Virus record (IMG/VR): IMGVR_UViG_3300031857_000034
Location: 32,001-96,000 of that record
Length of the DNA stretch: 64,000 nucleotides
Source: a virus
Strand: one strand, 5' to 3'
The translations under genes and the position numbers were made by a program. The notes beneath the pieces were generated by a model. The model made no database searches. It saw only the letters and a program-made list of their open reading frames with translations, and had not been told where the DNA came from. Positions 26,388-37,300 of the stretch are shown here, piece after piece. Numbering within the stretch: position 1 is the stretch's first letter; each line of letters opens with the position of its first letter.

Positions 26388-26924
26388 TTTTGGTCACAGT
26401 CAAGTCAGGGTATGTCATTTCTCAAGCACGAGTCTCACACTGTTTATAGATCACTGCGTGATCTTCAGATTTCGCTTGCGCTCATCTGAACTTAGTTCAT
26501 CCTAAAGTTTACTGTCAAAACCTTTGTTACTTTAAACTGATTTCCCAGAGCCTTGAGCCGTAGTTCACCCTGGGCGGGTGAACTATCGCTTGCCATGGTC
26601 AGAGTTTTCCCGTCACCTGGAAGAGCCGTCAGATTAAGAAGATTGTAGTCTGGTACACTACACGGAGGCGGTTGACCGGTACCCCCTACTTCAGCGTTCA
26701 TTTCAACGGTACTGACCCTGGACCCATCTGACGAATCCCGGATCAGCGCAGGTTGTTTCTTTTTCACAGTGCCTGCATCTTTTGTGCTACATTTTTCGCT
26801 CTAGGAGCATGGATATGTGCTAACTCATCGATTGCGGTGACTCTCCACACCCAGGGCCCAGAGGGTCCATCTTGGAGACTGGCATTCCAGCAGCCAGCGC
26901 AGGTCGTATTGTAGGGTTCTGTAG
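26388..26924 (-). ncRNA. Candidate large structured non-coding element (ncRNA and/or ssDNA origin)
   Basis: Largest intergenic gap in the window; many helices, an 8-bp loop-distal pairing, and TAACTA at 26922-26927. Confidence 0.55.
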
Positions 26925-27434
26925 TTAGGCAGCGCAATACTGCCGGACTAGATCAGCGTTTGTTTCCCAGAACTGATCGTAATCCATGATATACCAATGA
27001 TCGTGTTTGATGGAGCCGTAGTTGAATTGTCTAGATAGGAGATGGTCTCTGTGAGCCTGAGTTGCGATGTATTTGCCTTTGCGATTGAATTTCATGATCA
27101 ATATGTTGTAGTCACCGGGATCGGCAACGTCCATCAGTTGATCAAGCCACGTTTCTAAAACAGCAACCTGCCCTTGGAACAGTTGATGGAATGGAAAGTC
27201 TGCATACGACTTGCATTCACAATTGAATCGCGGAAAACTCTGCCCGGGTATGATGTCGCCTTTGAAAGCGCGGATCTGACCTTCGTGTAGTGTTTGTTTG
27301 CGATGTGTGTTCTTGCCACCAATGTATGCGCCTGAATTGGGCACACGGGTAAAAGTTTCTCCATAGAGTTCAGTTAGGTGCAAGGCTACTGCTCGTTCCC
27401 AACTGCTTCCTTTGGATTTACTTTTTGATGGCAT
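26925..27434 (-). CDS. Holliday junction resolvase-like PD-(D/E)XK nuclease
   Basis: SKSKGSSWER, RVPNSGA, GDII, ECKSY. Confidence 0.85.
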   Translation of the reverse strand: MPSKSKSKGSSWERAVALHLTELYGETFTRVPNSGAYIGGKNTHRKQTLHEGQIRAFKGDIIPGQSFPRFNCECKSYADFPFHQLFQGQVAVLETWLDQLMDVADPGDYNILIMKFNRKGKYIATQAHRDHLLSRQFNYGSIKHDHWYIMDYDQFWETNADLVRQYCAA

Positions 27435-27472
27435 AGGCAGATAGTTAGCTGAGTCTAGAGTCTGTTCAAAAT

Positions 27473-29236
27473 TTAATTGGTCACATCAGTGGCATAGGAA
27501 GTAAAGCCACCTTCTTTGACCACTTTCAATATGTTTTCCACACGTCCGGCCAGTTCGTCTTTGTGCGACACCAACCAAACACTTTTGTTGCGCTCTCTGG
27601 TCATTTTCTTCAGCAGGGCCAGAGCATTTTCCACACCCGATGAATCCATACCAGAATCTATCAGTTCGTCAATGAACAACACATTCACCGGCGAGTATAA
27701 ACTTTCCCACACATCACGAAACGCCCAGGACAGACTCAGTATCAAGCGATTGCGCTCACCGCGCGAAAGATTGTCAAAGTCCAGGTCCCGGCCCAGTTCT
27801 GTGATCTGTACAGTTAGATCGTTTTGGAATACCACTGTGTGCGGCAGGCCTATGCGATCTAGATAGTGTGTGAGCCTGCTGTTGAGATATGAGAGATTCT
27901 GATCAATGATCTTTTTGCGCACAAACGAATCTTTGCTGGTCAGCAGTTTCAGCAAGAAGTCCTGATGATCCTGCAATCGTTTCAGTTGATTGACCATATC
28001 ATAGTCGATTTCAACCAAGGCCTGTTGCTGCATTTCTTCAATCTGTTCTGCATAAGGATCTGTCTCGGCCTGTTTGTTTTTCAAGTTCAGTTCGGCACTG
28101 GCCAGTCTACTGCGATGCTCGTGCGCATCTGCTTCTTGATCATAATACACCTTGGGCTGTGTGCCCAGCGGACCCACTGCTGTGACTGCCAGGGATAACT
28201 CTGCAAGATCTTGATTGATCTTTTGTAAGTTTGCTTGTGACTGTGATAGATCTTGCTGTTTGCTGGTCAGCATCTTGCCGTGATCAGCATCGTGTAGATC
28301 CTGACCGCAGGCGTGGCAGCGATGATCCTGTAGGCTGGCTATCTCTTTGGTGATCTTGTCTATCAGCCGAGACTCGCGACCAGCGTCGGTTTGCCCACGA
28401 GCAATGGCAGCACCAAGATCTTTGAGATCTTTGGCACGCTGATTGTAGGCCAATAAGTCACGATGCGCCTGCAGTTCTGCTTCTATGTCTAGATGGCCAA
28501 GTTCATCCACTTGACGTTGTAGTGCAGTGATATCTTCGTCGCGTTTGTTGATCCAAAGAGTTTGCCTGCGTTTCAAACTTTCTATCTGCTCTTCCATGCG
28601 GCGATTGGCTTCGATCATGGCTTTGATACGATGCTCTTCTTGGCTCATGGCGTCTTTGGTTTCACGCATTTCTTCCTTGAGCAGATCTGCTTTTTCGCTC
28701 AACAAAGTGATACCTAACAACTGTTCAATGATGGCACGCTGGTCATTGGCTTTGAGGCTTAGAAAAGGTTCTGTGTAGGTGTTTAGTGCCAAGATGTGTT
28801 TGAACATATCGTGGGTCATGCCCAGGGTGCGTTCTATAGCCAACTGTGTTTCTCTTGAGTCACCTTGGCTGTTGTCATCTTCGGTTTGCTGTACTTCGTC
28901 GTCAATGCTGAATTTAAGTACATTGGGTTTGCGTCCACGCTCAATGCGATATCGCTGATTGTTCACATTGAAATCCAAACTCACAATCATGTTCTTGGCA
29001 TTGGTCTTGTTTATGAGATTGTCTTTACGTATGTTGGTCAGGGCCTGCCCATATAGCGCATAACTCAAAGCATTGATGATAGTGGTCTTGCCTGTGCCGT
29101 TGCGCGAACCATCTCCACCAAGGTCTAGATTTTCGCCCAAGACCAAGGTTAGATCCTGGCGATCAAAGTCGATACCTTGTGTGGTATTGCCCACACTCAT
29201 GAAGTTTTTTACAGTGAGTTTGTTGATGCGTATCAT
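27473..29236 (-). CDS. Recombination endonuclease ATPase subunit (T4 gp46/Rad50-like)
   Basis: KNFMSVGN, NGTGKTT Walker A, CHAC zinc hook, LSRGE signature, LFIDE Walker B, VSH. Confidence 0.95.
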   Translation of the reverse strand: MIRINKLTVKNFMSVGNTTQGIDFDRQDLTLVLGENLDLGGDGSRNGTGKTTIINALSYALYGQALTNIRKDNLINKTNAKNMIVSLDFNVNNQRYRIERGRKPNVLKFSIDDEVQQTEDDNSQGDSRETQLAIERTLGMTHDMFKHILALNTYTEPFLSLKANDQRAIIEQLLGITLLSEKADLLKEEMRETKDAMSQEEHRIKAMIEANRRMEEQIESLKRRQTLWINKRDEDITALQRQVDELGHLDIEAELQAHRDLLAYNQRAKDLKDLGAAIARGQTDAGRESRLIDKITKEIASLQDHRCHACGQDLHDADHGKMLTSKQQDLSQSQANLQKINQDLAELSLAVTAVGPLGTQPKVYYDQEADAHEHRSRLASAELNLKNKQAETDPYAEQIEEMQQQALVEIDYDMVNQLKRLQDHQDFLLKLLTSKDSFVRKKIIDQNLSYLNSRLTHYLDRIGLPHTVVFQNDLTVQITELGRDLDFDNLSRGERNRLILSLSWAFRDVWESLYSPVNVLFIDELIDSGMDSSGVENALALLKKMTRERNKSVWLVSHKDELAGRVENILKVVKEGGFTSYATDVTN

Positions 29237-30249
29237 AGTCTATGCCATATTTCCAACAGCAGCTTGTTGTCATAATGATCGCTGCCAATGTCTGTGATCT
29301 GCTGTGTGACGATCTGATCCACTGATTCAAACTTCACATTGCCTGGTGCTAGATCTGTTTCAACGCCTTGCATCTTGTTGGGTATCAGACTGACTTCTCT
29401 AAGTTTGTATTTTTCGTGGAACGTTTCTTTGATAAAGTTGGCTTCTTCGTAGGATATGTCTATGTCCAACTGCAGCCTAGCGTGCATACCTGAGCGGAAA
29501 ACCTGATCCGCAGAATCAATCGCAGTGCTGAGATTCATCACACGATAAGTGGGCTGGTCGGGCCAGGCATGATACACAGGCTGTTGCCCCCACTCCAAGA
29601 TCATGAGTCCGCGAGCATCGTCGCCGGCATCTGCGTAGTTGTGCGGAAAACAGTTGCCTATGTAGGTCACATTCTTTTTGGTCTGCCGCATATGAAAGTG
29701 TCCGGAAAACACGTGGCCTGCACTGGCCAGATCATCTGCGGACAGTTCACCGTGGCTGGGCATTTCTACCATGGCATTCATCAAGAATGTGGGCAGTTCA
29801 AAATGCCCAAACACATACTGCTTGTCTAGGAAACGAAGCTTTTTATGATCCTCGCCAACGAGCCAAGGACAGATAGCAACATCACCGCCACTAAACCAAT
29901 CGTTGACAATATTAACTCGCGGTAAGTGTCTAGCCCAAGCCACGCTTTGAATATCACGACGATCGCGATAGTACAGGTCATGATTCCCAGGAATAAAATA
30001 AACAGCATCAAAGTTGTCATTGAGATGTTCTAAGGCTCGTAAACTATAATTTAGTGTTACGATGTTGATGTTGGCACGATTGTTGTGCCAGTCTCCCAAG
30101 AACATGGCCACTTCACAGCCTTGTTTTTTTGCCTCGGCAGTGGCCCAGATTACGAAATTCAAACAGTCTTCATTGTGCAGTTGGCTGTTGGACTTGAGTC
30201 CAAAGTGGATGTCCGTAAAGACAGCAGCCTTCTTGAAAAGTTTATCCAT
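29233..30249 (-). CDS. Recombination endonuclease nuclease subunit (T4 gp47/Mre11-like)
   Basis: TDIHFG, LGDW, GNHD, GHFE, SGHFH metallophosphoesterase motifs. Confidence 0.95.
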   Translation of the reverse strand: MDKLFKKAAVFTDIHFGLKSNSQLHNEDCLNFVIWATAEAKKQGCEVAMFLGDWHNNRANINIVTLNYSLRALEHLNDNFDAVYFIPGNHDLYYRDRRDIQSVAWARHLPRVNIVNDWFSGGDVAICPWLVGEDHKKLRFLDKQYVFGHFELPTFLMNAMVEMPSHGELSADDLASAGHVFSGHFHMRQTKKNVTYIGNCFPHNYADAGDDARGLMILEWGQQPVYHAWPDQPTYRVMNLSTAIDSADQVFRSGMHARLQLDIDISYEEANFIKETFHEKYKLREVSLIPNKMQGVETDLAPGNVKFESVDQIVTQQITDIGSDHYDNKLLLEIWHRL

Positions 30250-30267
30250 AGAGTGCTAGTGTAGCAG

Positions 30268-31137
30268 TTATTCTTCGTACTTCACAGTCTGATTGGACAT
30301 TTGTCTTGTCCAACTGGGATTGAGTCCATTGATTTCTAATATGTCATCTCTGATGTTTTGATTTTTCTTTTCTTCGTTGAGCACACGAGTAAAGGAATTG
30401 GTTATGGCCGCGGTATAGTAAGCAAAAGGATTGTCTGATTTTGATTCATCAAACTTCAATCCAATCTGGCTCAATTGCAGCAGTGCGGTGCCGCGCATTT
30501 CTTCGTTGTAGGTATAACCACGCCAGTTTGATCGGGTGGCATAGCGCTCGCACAGTTTGATAAACATATGTGCCAGTTTGTTGGTCATCTTGCCGTGTTC
30601 TTTGCAAAACACTCCGGTGTCAAGATCTCCGGACCAGTGGCTGCGGCCCACGATGTAAGGATCTTTGTCTTCCGTGAGCCGGAAGTGTTCAAACGGCGGA
30701 AAGTTCAATCTGATATGTGTCTGTGCCACGGGTTCTTCTTCGGGCACGATGTCCACTATTTCGGCCAAGGGATCTTCTTCAGGCAGTTCTTCCCAGCCAA
30801 ACAGTTCTTCCACGGATTTCTTCTTGGCCTGTGCCTTGGGCACTTTTTTAGGCGCCATGGGAATATGCTCCCAGGTCATGATGCGAAACACCAAATCCGT
30901 GTGCGGAATCTTTTTTTCGTTGACTTCTGCGCCAGTTTCCTTGGTCAGTCTGGCTGCACGATTTCTGCGTGCTTCGGCTATGGTATTGCGATTGATCTTG
31001 GCAACACTGGCCAAGATGATGTCATACTGATGATCCTGTGTTCTGTCAGCGTAATAGCAGTAGGTGTTTTTGCTTAGGTGTATTTCTTTCAGTAAATCGC
31101 GGTTGTTTAGGTAGTTTCTGGGTGCGGCCAATGCCAT
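30268..31137 (-). CDS. Late transcription sigma factor (T4 gp55-like)
   Basis: NYLNNRDLL, NWRGYTYNEEM, KFDESKSDNPFAYYT..ITNSF.R..NEEKK; adjacent to gp47/46 as in T4-likes. Confidence 0.9.
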   Translation of the reverse strand: MALAAPRNYLNNRDLLKEIHLSKNTYCYYADRTQDHQYDIILASVAKINRNTIAEARRNRAARLTKETGAEVNEKKIPHTDLVFRIMTWEHIPMAPKKVPKAQAKKKSVEELFGWEELPEEDPLAEIVDIVPEEEPVAQTHIRLNFPPFEHFRLTEDKDPYIVGRSHWSGDLDTGVFCKEHGKMTNKLAHMFIKLCERYATRSNWRGYTYNEEMRGTALLQLSQIGLKFDESKSDNPFAYYTAAITNSFTRVLNEEKKNQNIRDDILEINGLNPSWTRQMSNQTVKYEE

Positions 31138-31157
31138 GGTGAATCCTTGTTAGAATG

Positions 31158-31190
31158 TATTTATTTTACAACAAATTGCCGTTGTGTCAA
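31158..31190 (-). promoter_or_regulatory. Overlapping sigma70 (TTGACA-N16-TAAAAT) and late (TAAATA) promoters of gp55
   Basis: Minus strand ttgacacaacggcaatttgttgtaaaataaatac. Confidence 0.55.
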
Positions 31191-31252
31191 CCGCGGATCA
31201 CTCCAAAATCGCCGTTTTTACGGGTGCTAAATATAGATAACAGGATAAAGCA

Positions 31253-34048
31253 ATGGCATTGACACCACAACAGATAGCCGCAGAACTCAACAGACTGACA
31301 TCTCAGGGTCTTACCTTAGAACAGGCAGAACAACAAGTTCCCGGAGCCACTGCGCTGCTTGAAAGCACAGAGTTGATACTAAACGATGTGCCGGGCAGCC
31401 CCACGCGTGGCCAAGTAGAAGTTTATACTACTGGCAGTAAAAAAGCGGGTGTAGATTATAATGTTTATACTCCAACTGCTGAGGAACAAGCAGAAAACGC
31501 TCGATTCTTTGAAGATCCTCCGCCCACCAATATTACCAATCAACCGGTGGTTTCATCTCCCCCGCTCAAAACAACAACCACCACTACCACCTTTACCGAG
31601 GAACAAGTGTCCACATCCGGAGGCGGGGTGACCACTTTCAAAGTGGCGGATTTTGTGTATAAGGATACACCTGCCAGCCGGGCTCTGCAGACTCAGGCCG
31701 ATTCAGTCGGTTTGGAAAAAGAAGCTTATGCACAGAGCCTGCGCGATCAAGGCAAAAGCGGAAGAGAGATTCTGAGAGATCCCACCTATCGAGAACTCAG
31801 CGCCAAGCAAACAGCATTGAACAATCGAGCATTTGAAGCCAAGTCTGGCGAAGGCGGGGAGGTTACCACCACATATGAACCTGGCGTTAGTGAAACTATC
31901 AACAGCACTACAGTGACATCCTCTGTTACCAATTCGCAAGTGCCCCAGACAGCACAGACCAGAATAACCACAGAAGCCGAAGCCACACGCCAACAGGTGG
32001 CGGCTCTTGACAGCGGCGACAGCGCGGTAAACACTACCAAGATTGCCGGAGCCGAAGGCAACAATACCTTGGTGCAGACCAACACAGTAGAAGGTGCCGC
32101 CACAGCATCTCCACAAGCATCCTTCAACACAGCACAACCTAGGAGTATAGATGCACCAGTAAACACGGCAATAAGTCCTGAATTGACTCGGCCGGCAGAT
32201 ACCAATTCGACGTCACGAGCGTATCAGACGCAGGTAGACGATTACCGAGCGCAGGTCAATGACTTAAAATCTGACTTGGAGATTCAGCAGACGCAGCTCA
32301 AGTCATTGGAAGCGGCCCGTGCTAAGTTGGGTGAGGAACTAAAGTCGGCTGCTCCAGGCAGCCCCGAGCAAGCAGAGATACTGGCTAAACGCAATGCCTT
32401 GAACTCAGATATATCCGATCAAGAAAACAAAATTGGCCAGACCAACAGCGTGCTGGCCATCAAAGAACAAAGTTTGACACAAAGTCAGGATGACTTAGCC
32501 AGAGTATCCTCGGGAGGCTCAGCACCTGCACCTGGGGCTCCAGCAGTGACCGGAAACGCAGATCCCGCGGCCAACGCTATTAATCAGCAGGCTGCGGAGA
32601 TAAACAATGCCACTCCAAATACCACAACAGTAAACCCAGAATTAGATTCTGCATTATCTGCACAGCAATCTGCAACCGACGACGAAATCGATCAGCAACG
32701 AGAAAATCAACTGATCACAGTAGACGAAGATGGAAATTTCACAGCAGAGAATCCCTACACAGCTGTACAAGGCGGAGATGATGCTGAATTAACAGATGAA
32801 CAGATTGATCTGGCGCGAGAAAATCAACTGATTGAGCAAGACGAAGATGGAAATCTAACAGCAGAGAATCCTTATGATGTCCAAGGCGGAGATGATGCTC
32901 AATTAACAGATGAACAGATTGATCTGGAACGAGAAAATCAACTTATAGTACAAGATGAGGATGGAAACCTAACAGCAGAGAATCCCTACACAGCCATTGG
33001 AGATCGAGAACTCAGCGAAGAAGAACAGCAAGAACAAGACAATCCCATTGATTACAGCAATGAAGTGGAAGTGGATCCCTACAGCGATGTTGAAGGCGAT
33101 TACGGCGAACGTGAAGAAGGCACCGGCGACGATGTAGTCGAAGTTGGCCCCGACGGTTCACTGACTGCTCGTGCCCAGACACAGGCCGAAGTAGAAACAC
33201 TGCGTCAAGCACAGGCTCTACAACAACTGCGTGCCAAAAACACCAACGAAGATTGGCGTTTGCGAATTGGCCTAGCACCGGGTGCCAACTATCTGTACCG
33301 AGCACCCGATGCCGGCATATTACAACCTTTGAGAGAAACACAAGGTGTGGTGTTTCCATATACTCCCACAATATCAACAAGCTATCGCGCCAATTATGAT
33401 GCTTACGAATTGGTACATACCAACTACAAAGGATATTTCTACAAAAATTCCAGCGTACAGGAAATTTCTGTAACTGGTGTGTTCACTGCCAACAGCGCCG
33501 CCGAAGCTGATTATATGTTGGCTGTGATACATTTTTTCCGCAGCGCCAGCAAAATGTTTTACGGACAAGACTCCAATCCCGTGGCAGGCACACCGCCCCC
33601 GGTGCTGTATTTGGACGGCCTTGGAGTTTATCAATTCAATGAACATCCTTGTTTGCTCAGCGCATTCAACTATAGTCTACCTTCGGATGTGGATTATATC
33701 CGTGCCGGTGGTGCAAGAAATTATTCAGGCGGTGCTGTAAATTTAGCTGGTATTAGAAATCAACAAGGCGCTGCCAGCAACAGTCCTTTGGGTGCCACGC
33801 TGTCTAGGCTGACCAGTCTAAAAAATACATTTGATAATTTTATCAATCCTGGTGCTAGAGCAAATAATCCTGTGTCACAAAACATCACTAATTACTATGG
33901 TATCGCAGGTCAGCCCACATATGTGCCTACCAAAATTGACATATCAATCACACTACTACCATTGATAAGTCGCCAGCAACAAGCACAGGTCTTTAGCCTT
34001 AAAAATTATGCCACCGGGCAAGGCCTGCGTGAACAAGGATTCTTCTAA
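31253..34048 (+). CDS. Baseplate/tail-tube-initiator-like protein with long low-complexity N-terminus
   Basis: C-terminal DWRLRI, GVVFPYTP.I, HTNY, HFFRSASKMFYG, GTPPPVL.L.G.G motifs; upstream of gp53. Confidence 0.6.
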   Translation: MALTPQQIAAELNRLTSQGLTLEQAEQQVPGATALLESTELILNDVPGSPTRGQVEVYTTGSKKAGVDYNVYTPTAEEQAENARFFEDPPPTNITNQPVVSSPPLKTTTTTTTFTEEQVSTSGGGVTTFKVADFVYKDTPASRALQTQADSVGLEKEAYAQSLRDQGKSGREILRDPTYRELSAKQTALNNRAFEAKSGEGGEVTTTYEPGVSETINSTTVTSSVTNSQVPQTAQTRITTEAEATRQQVAALDSGDSAVNTTKIAGAEGNNTLVQTNTVEGAATASPQASFNTAQPRSIDAPVNTAISPELTRPADTNSTSRAYQTQVDDYRAQVNDLKSDLEIQQTQLKSLEAARAKLGEELKSAAPGSPEQAEILAKRNALNSDISDQENKIGQTNSVLAIKEQSLTQSQDDLARVSSGGSAPAPGAPAVTGNADPAANAINQQAAEINNATPNTTTVNPELDSALSAQQSATDDEIDQQRENQLITVDEDGNFTAENPYTAVQGGDDAELTDEQIDLARENQLIEQDEDGNLTAENPYDVQGGDDAQLTDEQIDLERENQLIVQDEDGNLTAENPYTAIGDRELSEEEQQEQDNPIDYSNEVEVDPYSDVEGDYGEREEGTGDDVVEVGPDGSLTARAQTQAEVETLRQAQALQQLRAKNTNEDWRLRIGLAPGANYLYRAPDAGILQPLRETQGVVFPYTPTISTSYRANYDAYELVHTNYKGYFYKNSSVQEISVTGVFTANSAAEADYMLAVIHFFRSASKMFYGQDSNPVAGTPPPVLYLDGLGVYQFNEHPCLLSAFNYSLPSDVDYIRAGGARNYSGGAVNLAGIRNQQGAASNSPLGATLSRLTSLKNTFDNFINPGARANNPVSQNITNYYGIAGQPTYVPTKIDISITLLPLISRQQQAQVFSLKNYATGQGLREQGFF
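32680..32995 (+). repeat. Three in-frame tandem repeats (periods 117 and 114 nt)
   Basis: cgagaaaatcaact at 32699, 32816, 32930; unit ID..RENQLI..DEDGN.TAENPY. Confidence 0.9.
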
Positions 34049-34347
34049 TGCCATTATATGATGCTACCAGTCCTTATTTCAACACCAACGTGGTAGACAA
34101 CTACTTGGATGTCATGATCAATCGTCCTATACCAAAAAGCGTAGACGACGAATACGTTACCATTTCTGCTGTGTACAACCTACGCCCTGACATGATGGCC
34201 TATGACCTGTATGGTGATGCTAGATTATGGTGGGTGTTTGCACAGCGCAATCCCAATACTTTGGTAGATCCCATCAATGACTTTGTCACAGGCCAAAAGA
34301 TATATTTGCCATCCGGAGACAATGTTCGCGCAGCACTGGGGCTCTAA
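34048..34347 (+). CDS. Baseplate wedge protein (T4 gp53-like)
   Basis: RPDMMAYDLYGDARLWWVFAQRN...G.KIYLP. Confidence 0.85.
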   Translation: MPLYDATSPYFNTNVVDNYLDVMINRPIPKSVDDEYVTISAVYNLRPDMMAYDLYGDARLWWVFAQRNPNTLVDPINDFVTGQKIYLPSGDNVRAALGL

Positions 34348-34350
34348 CTC

Positions 34351-37300
34351 ATGGCCACAGTCACGCTAGACACTTTGGTTTTACAGTGGGAAGCCCTGAA
34401 GGCGGAATTTAACCGCAAGTGGGCTCCTGAAATTAGAGCTATCCAAACAGCCACGGAACAAGGTGAAACTTACGATCAAGTGTATTCCAGATACCAAGCA
34501 GCCAGCGATGCAGTGCTGACTGCATTTGCTGAATTGGCAGCCATTAGAAATTCCGCTGACAGCATATTCAGTGAGTTTGGTGTGCCTGCTTTTATCGCCA
34601 AAACTGAAATTACTAACCAAGGTCTGACAACGTTTCAAAACAACCTGGCTATTTCACTGGGACGAGCACAGCGTAATCAAGCCACTGCCACCTCCACCAG
34701 TCAAGCAGCGTCGGGCGGCACAGCATCTACGCCACAGACACTGGGTGCAGCCAGCGCAGTGGATCCTGCCAATGCCAACACAGCCGCCGGCGGTCAACCT
34801 TCTCCGGGCATACCGTTGGGTACACCTGCAGCCACAGTTACTGCCATACCAGGCACAGCCAGCGGCATTGCTGCCGGGGCCAGCGGAGCCATAGCACTGC
34901 CTTCCAACTTTGGTACTACGGCAGGATTTCCGCAGACTGCTTTCAGCCGAGAAGACGCCGGTCCAACTGTATCCCAGACCATACGTGCGTCTTCGTCGTC
35001 GTCCCCGTCTAGTAACAGCAATAGTTTAGGCATAGGGTCAGGACCAGTGACCAATCCCTTGGACAAATATGCCAGTTACACCTACAATCTCAGTTTGTAT
35101 CTGCTGACTCCTGAAGACTACAATAAATTTGTGGAGTCTGATACCACCAGCGAAACTATCAATTTGCCAGGTGATCAACTGTTGATACGATCTGGTGGCA
35201 GCCCAGTGGGAGCAGGCAAACGCAACTCTTATTTCAGCGACTGCGATTTTACACTTGACAATCTACGCATTGAAAGCGTGATAGGATTCAGTGAACAAGG
35301 CGTGCCTTCTTCCACAGGGAGGCTAAGTTTTACCATCACGGAACCAGCAGGCGCAACATTTATCTATAGATTACAAAGTGCCACAGCAACATTGGCCAAC
35401 AAAGATCCCAACAGTGCTAGACAATACTATGCCCATACCTATGCAATGGTCATACGATTTTATGGCTATGACAACAATGGTCAGCCGATTACTCCCAAAG
35501 GAGATATCAATCAACTGGATCTAGCCGGCAGCAGCGAGTCTGCGGTTCTTACCAAGATATTTTTGTTCATGTTGTCAGATGTCAAGACACGCATCGGCAC
35601 ACGTATAGTAGAGTATCAATGCTCGGGCATATTTGGTCCCAGCTTTGTGGCTAGAACAGCCATGTTAGGTGTTAGTCCTGCTAGATTTGAATTGACTGGT
35701 ACCAATCTCAATGATATCTTTAATGGCGTGCCTGGTACCAGTAACAATGCCAACAACCAAGATGCCAATCCCAGGGCCGAAACCAGCGACGCCGATGCGC
35801 AAGAAGGGGGATTCTACGGAGATGCCAGCAAAGTCTCGGCACAGCCCAGCCAAAACATTCCCACACGCGGCCTTTGCCAGGCTATCAATCAAGAATTACA
35901 AAGATTATCTCGGCCGCAAAAGCAAGGCACCAAGGCCATTGACATACCCGACGAGTATGAAGTGTTATTTGCCAGCGACAATCTACGCAACGCTAAAATT
36001 ATCACAGCAGGACTAGACAACAGCCTGGTCAGTGCTGCCGGCGATGTGCCCACGGATACCAAATCAATCAACACAAGAGAAAACACAGCGGTGCCTAAAA
36101 ATGCCAAGAATGTGAGGATACTGCCGGGCACGCCAATCATCCAGTGGTTGGATATGATGATACGCAACAGCGAATATGTGAAATCTCAGGCATCGCTGGC
36201 TATCAAGGAAAGATCAACAGATGCCGACGCCCAAGGCGAAGAAGACTTCTATGGCAAAAAAGTAGAACAAACCAAACCAGTGAAATGGTACAAGATCACC
36301 CCATTCAACAAGATCTTGGGCTACGATAAACTTCGCAAAACCTATGCCAACAAGGTTATTTTTGCCATCAGCGAGTACAGTGTCACTGACGTGCGCAGTC
36401 CTTATTTCAAACGAGCCCCTTGGCGAGGTCCTGACAAACTCTACAATTTTACCTTCACTGGTCAAAACACAGCAGTGCTAAACTACGAACAAGATTTTAA
36501 CGCACTGTATAGACAGACCTTTGGCATTGGCGCACAGTTGGCCCAAGATGCTGGCAAGGAAGCCGCAGCCGCCGCAGGCCAAGTGGGCACCAGTTATGCC
36601 TTTCGAGTGGTAGCCGAAACAGGCAAACAAGGCAGTCTGGGTGACAGCACAGACCCGGCTGCTCGTGCTGCCGCTGGTATTTACAGTTTCACAGATTTGG
36701 CCAAGGCCAAGTTAAAAATTATTGGTGATCCTGATCTGTTGTTGCAGGACTGGTACAATGTGAATCAAGCCTTGATCAATCGACAAAATCTCACACAAGC
36801 AGCTGGCGGCAATGATTCCAACATACTCAACAGCAATCTTGGCGAATTGTATTTCCAGGTGACTTTTCTCACCGGCGACGACTGGAATCTCGCTGATGGC
36901 ATAGTCAAAGTAGAACCACGCCAAGGGTTTGTGCGCCGCCAAAGCAATGCCTACAAATTTACCAAGATCAACAGTGAATTTCAAAACGGCAGATTTACAC
37001 AGGACATAGAAGGCATAATCCTAGCCGATGTGAATCCTGATCAAGCCTTTGTCAAAGGAGACTATACCAGCGGTGCTGCTGGCCAAATAGCCACAGGCAC
37101 TCCAGTTGACACAGTTACCGACACTGACTCAGTTACTGCTAGACAAGAGACCACCGAAGCCAGCACAGGTGCGTTTGATACCGACGGCTCCAATGATCTA
37201 CGCACACAAGAAGGTGGTCCCACTACTGTGCCGCAAAGTCCCACCAGCGCATTGCCGGCAACTGCGCCACCAACTTTTGCCCAGCGCCAGGCAGCAGCAG

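Noticed and set aside
26492-26767. 91-aa minus-strand ORF in the large gap
   Set aside because: GTG start without SD, no recognisable protein features, and it runs through the densest helices; more likely incidental to a structured element.
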